Below the pieces are notes generated by a model that made no database searches, had not been told where the DNA came from, and saw only the letters and a program-made list of their open reading frames with translations. DNA of 64,000 bases from an uncultured Clostridia bacterium (GTDB lineage Bacteria; Bacillota; Clostridia; UBA1381; UMGS1253). The translations under genes and the position numbers were made by a program. Positions 39,236 through 47,501 of this stretch are shown here, in pieces (position 1 is the first letter of the stretch; the number at the start of each line of letters is the position of its first letter). The stretch covers positions 106 to 64,105 of the forward strand of contig CAKSHB010000005.1 in the NCBI GenBank assembly GCA_934456295.1, read 5' to 3'.

Positions 39236-39374
39236 CTTTTCATAGCCAAAGATTTTTGCCTTCGGCGAAATGATGATGCGCAAAAATCTCCTTTATTTTC
39301 ATGCTGCACCAGAGGAGATTTGAATTAATTACCGCTTATGCCGGTGCAGGGCAAGGAATGATAGGAGATTATGT

Positions 39375-40475
39375 ATGGACTATGATTTGATTTCAAAGCT
39401 TCCCGTATCAGCTCAGGAAACAGAGTTGATAGCTCAGGAAATTTTCGACGGAAAATATGGAAAAGACGGCGATTTTTTCTTTTCCACAAAGGCTCTTGCC
39501 GAAAAACGTGCGATATCTCTCGTAACCGCGCACAAGGTACTCACAGCGCTTTGTGACAAGGGCGTGATAGAGCTGTGCGGAAAGAAGTATCGGCTGACAT
39601 ATGAAAAACAGAAAAGGAAACTTGAACAGAAGCATAAAATTATAGGTTTGCATATCAATAACATAAATAACGAATATTTTGCGCGTATTGCAAATGAGGC
39701 GGAGCTTTATGCAAAAAAGAACGGCTACAGACTTCTTATATGCGAAAGCGGATATGACCATGAACGCGAGCGCGAAATACTCGAGATGTTCTGCGATTTG
39801 AAAATTATGGGCGTACTCAGCTGCCCCGGCGTTGGTGACAACACAAAGTCGCTGTATGAAAATTATCCGCTGCCGTACTTTTTTATCGGGCGCACACCAA
39901 AATATATGAGCGGTCCCTCCGTGCAGGCAAACAACTTTCCCGTATCGGTCCAGGTTGCAAACCACTTCGTGAAAAGCGGATATTCCGACTTTGCCTACGC
40001 ATGCCTGAGTGAAGTCGATACATCGGAGGATTTGCGTCTGTTCGGCTATAAGAGCGGGCTTTTTTCGCTCGGATACGAACTGAAACAGAAAAACATACTA
40101 CCGCTGCATATTAAAAATATAGAGCAGACACATGAGGCAATAAAAGCCTTTCTTTCGCGGGTCAAAAAACCCGTCGGCATACTCTGCTATCATGACCTGA
40201 TTGCGCTTGAAGTATATAAAACATGCGTCGAAATGAAGCTGCGTATCCCCGAAGATGTGGGCATAGCCGGCTTTGATAATCTCAAAGACACAAGATGCAC
40301 CGTGCCCGAAATAACCACAGTTGATTACAGGCTTGAGAACATGGTTTCCTCTTCGTTTTATCATCTGCTCAAACAGATACGCACGGGCAAACAGGAAAAA
40401 ATCAACTACTTCATAGAGCCGCGCCTTATAATACGCGGCAGCAGCAGTCTGAATATAAGCCAAGACGAAAAATAG
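39375..40475 (+). CDS. AraR-like regulator: GntR-type winged HTH fused to a LacI/PBP1 sugar-binding domain
   Basis: N-terminus ...FFSTKALAEKRAISLVTAHKVLTALCDKGVIE (GntR-type HTH). The C-terminal ~270 aa have the LacI-type periplasmic-binding fold pattern (IGLHINNINNEYF..., GILCYHDLIALEVY..., IAGFDN). Confidence 0.75.
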   Translation: MDYDLISKLPVSAQETELIAQEIFDGKYGKDGDFFFSTKALAEKRAISLVTAHKVLTALCDKGVIELCGKKYRLTYEKQKRKLEQKHKIIGLHINNINNEYFARIANEAELYAKKNGYRLLICESGYDHEREREILEMFCDLKIMGVLSCPGVGDNTKSLYENYPLPYFFIGRTPKYMSGPSVQANNFPVSVQVANHFVKSGYSDFAYACLSEVDTSEDLRLFGYKSGLFSLGYELKQKNILPLHIKNIEQTHEAIKAFLSRVKKPVGILCYHDLIALEVYKTCVEMKLRIPEDVGIAGFDNLKDTRCTVPEITTVDYRLENMVSSSFYHLLKQIRTGKQEKINYFIEPRLIIRGSSSLNISQDEK

Positions 40476-40636
40476 GTCGATGACGGCTTATTTTTTTGCG
40501 CAGAATCCGTTTAAATATATATTTAGTTATAATTTAGTATAATATTGTTGTCATATAATTTTTATGTTGATATAATCTAATTACAATCTTATATTATTTA
40601 CAATTTACAAAAATAATTTAAAACGGAGATGATAAA

Positions 40637-41668
40637 ATGGCAATTAAACACACAGCCGTAAGCTACTACGGACTCGGCTATGTTGAACATGCTGCTGCGG
40701 ACTTCAAAGAGATGAAGGAGCATGGCTGCGACACGGTAATACTTGCAATAACGGAATTTGACATGGATTTCTGGTTTCCGAACATCAACGAAATCGTAAA
40801 GGCTGCCCATGAACTCGGGCTGAGAGTTATCGCCGACCCATGGGGCATAGGAAAATACTTCGGCGGCGAGCAGGTGAGCCTGTTTTTGCAGAACAATATC
40901 CACCACAGACAGGTTTCCGCCTATACGGGCGAGGTGCTGAATGCCGCATGCTTCAACACAAACTCCTTCCGCGATTATTTCAAAAACATCTGCGTAAAAA
41001 TTGCGCAGAACACCGAAGTTGACGGTTTTTTCTGGGACGAACCGCACTACGCATATCCAAAATCGTACGCATCGATTACAGGCGGCGCCGGCGATGACTG
41101 GGCATGCAGATGTCCCGAATGTATGAAGAAATTCTATGACTATTACGGCTATGAAATGCCGAAATTCATGAATGATGACGTAAAGCAGTTCAGATGGAGA
41201 GAAGCGCTTTTCATTCTTGAAGATACATCAAAAACGCTCAAACAAATCAATCCCAAGCTTGAAATAACATGCTGTGTTCATGCAACGCTCAATTCGTATT
41301 ATGTTACGGAGCTGCGCGGCTATGACAACTGGGATATGGTCGGTGCGTCGCCGTATTTTGACGTATTTTCAACGACAATAATCAACTGGTCGCTGCCGGA
41401 GAGCTTTTTCCGCGAAATCACGGAGCGGACTGTTGCAATTGCAAAAAAATACGGCAAAGAATCGGAAAGATGGCTTATGGGCTATAACAAGCGTCCCGAT
41501 GATTTTGCCCAGATTGATAAGGTTGTCGATTTATATGAAAGCCTCGGCACGGACAGACTTGCGACATGGACATACCGCGGCGGCTACGGCACAAGTGTTG
41601 CCGCAAAAGACGCGCTTGAACTTTGGGACAACATAGGCAGAAACTATAAACGCGTACTTAAAAAATAA
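40637..41668 (+). CDS. Single-domain GH42-like (beta/alpha)8 protein
   Basis: FFWDEPHY (acid/base position), followed by CRCPECMKKFYDYYGY (C-x-C-x-x-C). An upstream Cys sits in ACFNTNSFRDYF, matching the GH42 zinc-site layout. At 343 aa it lacks the C-terminal GH42 domains. No signal peptide. Confidence 0.55.
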   Translation: MAIKHTAVSYYGLGYVEHAAADFKEMKEHGCDTVILAITEFDMDFWFPNINEIVKAAHELGLRVIADPWGIGKYFGGEQVSLFLQNNIHHRQVSAYTGEVLNAACFNTNSFRDYFKNICVKIAQNTEVDGFFWDEPHYAYPKSYASITGGAGDDWACRCPECMKKFYDYYGYEMPKFMNDDVKQFRWREALFILEDTSKTLKQINPKLEITCCVHATLNSYYVTELRGYDNWDMVGASPYFDVFSTTIINWSLPESFFREITERTVAIAKKYGKESERWLMGYNKRPDDFAQIDKVVDLYESLGTDRLATWTYRGGYGTSVAAKDALELWDNIGRNYKRVLKK

Positions 41669-41705
41669 CGGCTTGATTTTTATAATATAATAAGGAGGCA
41701 TAAAA

Positions 41706-42458
41706 ATGCTCAACGATTTCGGTTACTATAAGGCAATTATTGAAAATCTCGAAAAAATAAATGACACACAGGGGGAAAACATCAAAAAAGCTGCTGATTT
41801 GATGAGTGACGCAATCAAAAACGACCGTCTTATCAGCGTATACGGCGGCGGCGGTCATACGACGCTTCCCGTCGGCGAAATGTTTTTCAGAGCAGGCGGA
41901 CTTTCCTGCATAAACCCCGTTATGGAAACAGGTCTTTCAGTATTTAATCAGGCATTAAAATATCTTGAGCTTGAAAGAACGGTAAACTACGGCAGCGCCA
42001 TACTTAAATACTATGACCTCAAAAAGGACGACGTGCTTATAATATTCCACAATATCGGCATAAATCCCGCAACGATTGACGCCGCTATGGAGGCAAAGAA
42101 AAACGGCGTAAAAATAATTGCCGTATCAAGCTCAGCATGGCAAAACGAGATGCCAGCCGACCACTTTATCCGCCATCCCAACAAAACAAATCTGTTTGAC
42201 TATGCCGATGTTGCGATTGAGGACTTTAACCCCGTAGGCGATGCGGTTGTAAATGTGCCCGGGCTTGATACCCCCATTGCGCCGATTTCAAACATTGCCG
42301 ATTTTTATATTGCACATCTTCTCGAAATCGAAACCGTGCGCCGGTGCCTCGAAAAAGGCGTTACACCGCCCGTATGGTCCAGCGCAAACACTCCCGGCGG
42401 AGATGAGAAAAATGCGGCATATCTCGAAAAATACAGACCGAGAATAAAAATGCTCTAA
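41706..42458 (+). CDS. SIS-domain protein (UPF0309-like sugar-phosphate isomerase/binding family)
   Basis: ISVYGGGGHTTLPVGEMFFRAGGL and the size (~250 aa) are typical of this SIS subfamily. Confidence 0.75.
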   Translation: MLNDFGYYKAIIENLEKINDTQGENIKKAADLMSDAIKNDRLISVYGGGGHTTLPVGEMFFRAGGLSCINPVMETGLSVFNQALKYLELERTVNYGSAILKYYDLKKDDVLIIFHNIGINPATIDAAMEAKKNGVKIIAVSSSAWQNEMPADHFIRHPNKTNLFDYADVAIEDFNPVGDAVVNVPGLDTPIAPISNIADFYIAHLLEIETVRRCLEKGVTPPVWSSANTPGGDEKNAAYLEKYRPRIKML

Positions 42459-42569
42459 AATGCTCATATGCGCATATACATCTGCCCTCTTATCACCAAA
42501 TTCCTGCGGATAAGAGCGCTATACAACCTATTTTTGCCGCAGCAGGGCGGCGGAACGGAGATTATTGCT

Positions 42570-43289
42570 ATGGAGATTAATGTAAAAAATCTACAGGAAA
42601 AACTTGATTTTCTTCTCGATAAATACAGTGTTGATACAAGCGCAAAGCTTATCAGCGCCGAAACTGCGGAAATAGGCGGCAAAACGGCTCCTCTGCTCCC
42701 GTGGAGAAACGAAAGACGTTTTACGGAACTTAAAAACCTCACCGTTGACGGAACAATAAACGGTATAAGCGTTATGCGTACGCTCAGAATTGTACCGAAA
42801 ACGGAAAGTCTTGAAAAAAATATCGCACGTGAGCTTGATTTGTGTGAGTACATTCTTTCGGATAAAATAAGCGAAATTATGACGTTTAAAAACGGCAGTG
42901 CGGTAAACATTGCCGCAAAGCTTTCGGGCGGAATTGTGTGCACGGTCGAAGTTGCGGCAACGCTCGGTCCGGACACTGCCCCGATTGATAAGCATGAAAT
43001 CATCGCGCAGCAAGGCGTTGCATGCGACAGAGTTGTTGATACGCAGGTGCCGCAAAGCTCAATATATGTTTTTACGGACAAAAAAGACGCAGACACATAT
43101 ACCGATGTCGATTTTGAGCTGTTCGGGCTTAGTGTTGATGAAGCTGCAATAGTACGTCAGGTGTTTGAGGCGGCAAAAAATCCCGCTCTCGCCGATGACC
43201 TGAACAGAAGCAAAGAACGCCTTGACACTCTGCTCAAGCTTTCGGAGCAGTCCGGTACAGAGGCCGAGAATATAAAGGTGGAGGGATAA
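42570..43289 (+). CDS. Hypothetical protein resembling only the C-terminal alpha/beta domain of Gfo/Idh/MocA oxidoreductases
   Basis: No Rossmann GxGxxG. The segment RFTELKNLTVDGTINGISVMRT...ELDLCEYILSDKISEIMTF...GGIVCTVEVA resembles a MocA C-domain. ATG 42570 behind GGAG; the track ORF begins 102 nt earlier. Confidence 0.5.
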   Translation: MEINVKNLQEKLDFLLDKYSVDTSAKLISAETAEIGGKTAPLLPWRNERRFTELKNLTVDGTINGISVMRTLRIVPKTESLEKNIARELDLCEYILSDKISEIMTFKNGSAVNIAAKLSGGIVCTVEVAATLGPDTAPIDKHEIIAQQGVACDRVVDTQVPQSSIYVFTDKKDADTYTDVDFELFGLSVDEAAIVRQVFEAAKNPALADDLNRSKERLDTLLKLSEQSGTEAENIKVEG

Positions 43290-43293
43290 GAAT

Positions 43294-44370
43294 ATGAAAC
43301 CGTTAAATATTGCAATGATGTCCATGACACACGGACACACAAGAAAATATTATCAGACATTAAAAGATAACCCCAAACTTAACTGGGTTGCCGTATCAAC
43401 GGCAAACAATGAGGTAAAACAGGTATTTTTAAACAGCGTCAGCGGTATCCCATGCTATGACAGCGATGAGGCAATGCTTGATGCACATCCCGAAATCGAG
43501 GCTGTCGTTCTTGCGAGCGAAAACAGCGAACATCTCAGACAGATGCGTCTGTGCGCAAAGCGCGGTATTCACATTCTCTCGATGAAAATTCCCAGCTTTG
43601 ACATGGACGAATATGATGAGATGATAAAGCTTGTTGATGAAAGCGGCATAACCTGCCAGGTTGAGCTGGAGCTGCATTATAACCCCGTTGTGCAGCGTAT
43701 GAAGGATTTGGTTAAATCGGGAAAAATCGGCGAGCTGAAATCTTTTCAGGCGACAAATATCACGCTTTCTCCCGTATGGGCATTTCCGTGGCAGGGCACA
43801 CCTGAGCTGAGCTACGGAAAGAGAGTTCCGATAAAAGACGGTGACAGCCGTTTCAGAGGCGGCGCACTCTGTGACCATCCGCACATATTTGATATGATAC
43901 GTGAGATAACAAACAGCGATTTTGACACAATATTTGCACATGTTGCGCCGAATATCAGACCGGACATAGAGGAGGAGGACATGCTCACTGTTGTCGGCAA
44001 AATGAAAAACGGTACAGTATTTTCGCTTGACCCCTCATGGTCAAAGATGGAAAACAGGCTGAAGGTCCCGGGTCCCGGTTGGGAGGTTTTCCCGAAACGC
44101 ATGGAGGTAAACCTTGTTTTAAACGGCGAAAACGGTGTAATTATGACCGACTGTTTTGGTCCGAACGTATATCAGAACGGTGCGCCCGAAAACAAATACA
44201 TTGTAAGATACACATATTTTGACGAATGGATTGGCCTTATCGATGAGTTTGTGAACTGCATAAGAAACAAAAAGATGCCGAAAATAAACCTCAGATGGCA
44301 CAGAAAGACGATTGAGGCGATGAATGCATGCTATGAAAGCATAAAAACAGGCAAACCCGTAAAAATGTAA
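43294..44370 (+). CDS. Gfo/Idh/MocA family oxidoreductase
   Basis: N-terminal dinucleotide-binding region (NIAMMSMTHGH...), SMKIP motif, full-length C-domain. Starts 4 nt after the previous stop. Confidence 0.85.
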   Translation: MKPLNIAMMSMTHGHTRKYYQTLKDNPKLNWVAVSTANNEVKQVFLNSVSGIPCYDSDEAMLDAHPEIEAVVLASENSEHLRQMRLCAKRGIHILSMKIPSFDMDEYDEMIKLVDESGITCQVELELHYNPVVQRMKDLVKSGKIGELKSFQATNITLSPVWAFPWQGTPELSYGKRVPIKDGDSRFRGGALCDHPHIFDMIREITNSDFDTIFAHVAPNIRPDIEEEDMLTVVGKMKNGTVFSLDPSWSKMENRLKVPGPGWEVFPKRMEVNLVLNGENGVIMTDCFGPNVYQNGAPENKYIVRYTYFDEWIGLIDEFVNCIRNKKMPKINLRWHRKTIEAMNACYESIKTGKPVKM

Positions 44371-44386
44371 CGGAGGTTTATAAAAA

Positions 44387-45889
44387 ATGACTTTGCGTGA
44401 AAAAATACTGCCTATGCCGTCATCGGCAGAGGAAAAAAACTCAGAATTTATGTTTGACGGAAATATTGAAGTATTGTTTAATGAAGACGGTTTTGATGCG
44501 GAATCATGCGCACTGTACAACCGGCTCTGGCACGGATTTTCCTACGGCGGCGCTCTCAGCTTTAAAAAATCGGCAGACATTAAGCCGCATACAATATGCA
44601 CCGCCGGATATAATGATTTCCCCGATTTGGGCGAGTATGAATATGCCATATCCGTCGGCAGAAACGGTTTTTGCATGGTTTCCTCCGGCACAACCGGACT
44701 CATACATGCCCTTGTGAGCCTTATGCAGCTGATAAGTCCGCGTGCACTGCGCTCGGTACCGAAGCAGTTGTATATTCCATGCGGCATAATCAAAGATAAG
44801 CCTGTGCTGAATTTCCGTTCCGTTCATTTGTGTGTATTTCCCGAAACAACTCTCGATTTCATAGAGAGAAGCATAACCATGGCGGGATTTGCAAAATATT
44901 CACACATCATAATAGAGTTCTGGGGTATGATCAAGTTTGACTGTGCCGATTTTATGAGTTGGAATAACGCTTACACAAAAGATGAAATCAGACCGTTTAT
45001 AAAGCTTGCAAAAACGCTCGGCATGGAGGTAATACCCATGCTTAACCACTTCGGTCATGCATCAATGTCAAGAGTAATAAGCGGCAAGCATGTTGCACTC
45101 GACAATGACCCCAACGCGGCGCTTTTATTTGAGCCCGACGGCTGGACATGGTGCCTGAGTAATCCCGACACAATCGCACTTTTAAAATTGATGCGCGAAG
45201 AATTGGCTGAGCTTTGCGGCAGCGGTAAATATTTCCATTTTGGCTGTGACGAGGCATATTCATTTGCAACCTGTGACATATGCAGCAAAAAGGATAAGCT
45301 TAAAATGCTGACGGATTATCTGAACTATCTCGCCGATGAAGCAAAAGCTATGGGCAGAAAACCGATAATCTGGGGCGATATGTTTTTAGACTCGCAGAAA
45401 TGGGATAAAAAATATTATGCGCTGAGCTGGCCGGAGCACGGTACGCACAAAATTCTCGACTGTCTTTCGCGTAATATAGTAATTGCCGACTGGCAGTATG
45501 AGGTTACCGACATAAACGTTGAGACTGCTGCCTATTTTAAGAAAAAGGGCTTTAATGTTGTTCTTTGTCCTTGGGATAACTTCAAAAACATAACCGCTCT
45601 CGGTGAATACGCAAAGCAAGAAAATATTTTCGGCGCCATAGCGACAACATGGCACACTCTGTATCAGAATTTTTATATGCTTTTCTGTGCGGCAGAGAGC
45701 TTCTGGAGCGTGCTTGACCGTGATGAAATGGATAAATACGGCTATATTATAGGGCGCAAATATGAAAATTATGAGCTTATTATGGCAAAATATCTGCGCT
45801 TTATATTCCCGAGCAAGGGACGTTATACCAAGAGCGGCTGGCACGAATATCAGATAAGCGCCGGCGGCGAATCGGCAAATCAGGAATAG
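44387..45889 (+). CDS. Divergent GH20-like protein, paralog A
   Basis: GH20b-type N-domain (ILPMP..., EYEYAISV...GLIHALVSLMQL). Catalytic-domain pattern IKDKP..FRSVHL, IPMLNHFGHA, HFGCDE (Asp-Glu pair). No signal peptide. Confidence 0.6.
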   Translation: MTLREKILPMPSSAEEKNSEFMFDGNIEVLFNEDGFDAESCALYNRLWHGFSYGGALSFKKSADIKPHTICTAGYNDFPDLGEYEYAISVGRNGFCMVSSGTTGLIHALVSLMQLISPRALRSVPKQLYIPCGIIKDKPVLNFRSVHLCVFPETTLDFIERSITMAGFAKYSHIIIEFWGMIKFDCADFMSWNNAYTKDEIRPFIKLAKTLGMEVIPMLNHFGHASMSRVISGKHVALDNDPNAALLFEPDGWTWCLSNPDTIALLKLMREELAELCGSGKYFHFGCDEAYSFATCDICSKKDKLKMLTDYLNYLADEAKAMGRKPIIWGDMFLDSQKWDKKYYALSWPEHGTHKILDCLSRNIVIADWQYEVTDINVETAAYFKKKGFNVVLCPWDNFKNITALGEYAKQENIFGAIATTWHTLYQNFYMLFCAAESFWSVLDRDEMDKYGYIIGRKYENYELIMAKYLRFIFPSKGRYTKSGWHEYQISAGGESANQE

Positions 45890-45924
45890 GAAAAGTTTAA
45901 AAACAACCTTACGGAGGCAAACAT

Positions 45925-47418
45925 ATGATGCTGAAAAATAAAATACTGCCAATGCCGCTTATTGCCGACAGGGCTGACGGCGAATTTCATTTCGGCGACA
46001 GTATAGACATACTCTGCAACGAACCATCATTTACCGACAGTGACATAGCTGTGTATAAAAAGCTGTGGAGTTCATTTTGCTGCGGTTCGGAAATCAATTT
46101 TATAAAATCCGATAAAATACAGACGCATTGTATCTGTACAGCTGGATATGAGTCAAACAATTGCTGCGGAGAATATGAGTATTGCATTTCTGCTGCGGAG
46201 GACGGTTTTTCTCTTTATGCAGGTACAAGAGAAGGCCTTATACATGCCTTTATATCGCTTTTGCAGACAGTAACGCCGTGCAGCATTGAAGGCGAGTTGG
46301 ATTTATATGTTCCGGCATGCACGATAAAAGACAAACCCATGCTTGAAACGCGCATGATACACTTGTGTGTTTTTCCCGAAACAACTCTTGACTCGCTGAA
46401 AAAATTTGTCGTTCTTTCAGCTTTTGCAAAATTTTCTCATATAATCATAGAGTTCTGGGGCACACTCAGGTTTGACTGCGCAGACTATCTGTACTGGAAG
46501 GATTTTTCCTACACAAAGGACGAAATAAAACCGATTATAGAGCTTATACGCACACTCGGCGCAGAACCCGTTCCAATGCTGAACCATCTGGGACATGCGC
46601 CGCAGTCAAGACGCGTATCGGGCAAGCACGTTGTGCTGGACAATAATCCGAAGAAAGCACTTTTATTTGAGCCTGACGGCTGGACATGGTGTCTGAGCAA
46701 CCCCAAAACCCTTGCGCTTCTGAAAACTATGCGCGGCGAACTTACCGAGCTTTTCGGAAAAGGCAGCTATTTCCACTTTGGCTGTGATGAGACATATTCA
46801 TATGCAACATGCGACATATGTGCAAAAAAAGACAGCCTCGAAATGCTCAAAAACTACTTCAATTTGCTTGCCGATGAGATGGCGCAAGAAGGCAGAAAAG
46901 CAATCATGTGGGGCGATATGTTTCTGGAACACGGCGCATGGGACGAAAAATACACTGCGCTCAGCTATCCCGAACACAATACGCACAAAATTCTCGACTG
47001 TCTTTCGCGTAATATAGTAATTGCCGACTGGCACTACAGGATTTTCGACAGCGATATTAAAACCGCAGAACATTTTAAAAACAAGGGTTTTGATGTTCTT
47101 TTGTGCCCGTGGGAAAATGCGGCAAATGTCAGTGCGCTGAGTGAGGCTGCAAAAAATCTTGAAATCAATGGCGCCATAGCGACAACATGGCACACACTCG
47201 AACAGGAGTTGGCACTGATTTTCTACAGTGCGGAGAATTTCTGGAGCAATTTGTGTGAAGAAAAAAGCGATAAATTCTATGATGCAATGCGTAAATACGA
47301 ACATACTCAGCTTTTCATGGCAAAATATTTGCGTCTGCTGTTCCCGAGCGGCGGCAGCTATTTAAACAGCGGCTGGCACGAACATCAGGCAGTAACAAAA
47401 AGCGAAACATTTGCATAA
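45925..47418 (+). CDS. Divergent GH20-like protein, paralog B (tandem duplicate)
   Basis: Collinear with paralog A at roughly 60% identity by eye, with the same motifs (HFGCDE, ATCDICAKKD). Confidence 0.6.
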   Translation: MMLKNKILPMPLIADRADGEFHFGDSIDILCNEPSFTDSDIAVYKKLWSSFCCGSEINFIKSDKIQTHCICTAGYESNNCCGEYEYCISAAEDGFSLYAGTREGLIHAFISLLQTVTPCSIEGELDLYVPACTIKDKPMLETRMIHLCVFPETTLDSLKKFVVLSAFAKFSHIIIEFWGTLRFDCADYLYWKDFSYTKDEIKPIIELIRTLGAEPVPMLNHLGHAPQSRRVSGKHVVLDNNPKKALLFEPDGWTWCLSNPKTLALLKTMRGELTELFGKGSYFHFGCDETYSYATCDICAKKDSLEMLKNYFNLLADEMAQEGRKAIMWGDMFLEHGAWDEKYTALSYPEHNTHKILDCLSRNIVIADWHYRIFDSDIKTAEHFKNKGFDVLLCPWENAANVSALSEAAKNLEINGAIATTWHTLEQELALIFYSAENFWSNLCEEKSDKFYDAMRKYEHTQLFMAKYLRLLFPSGGSYLNSGWHEHQAVTKSETFA

Positions 47419-47423
47419 TTACA

Positions 47424-47462
47424 AAACCGCCTTATCGGCATGCATAGGGCGGTTTATTTTTC
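47424..47462 (+). terminator. Terminator-like hairpin between GH20-like B and the GH94-like gene
   Basis: AAACCGCC (47424-31) / GGCGGTTT (47448-55), then TATTTTT. Confidence 0.55.
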
Positions 47463-47501
47463 CGAAAATATAAAAACCGAATACGAAAGGATTGAAAAAT
47501 T

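Noticed and set aside
40520-40620. Possible CRISPR or mini-repeat array suggested by the recurring TATAAT and TTACAAT motifs.
   Set aside because: The repeat units are only 6-10 nt with irregular spacing, there are no unique spacers of 25-40 nt and no cas genes. The pattern is better explained as promoter or operator elements in AT-rich DNA.
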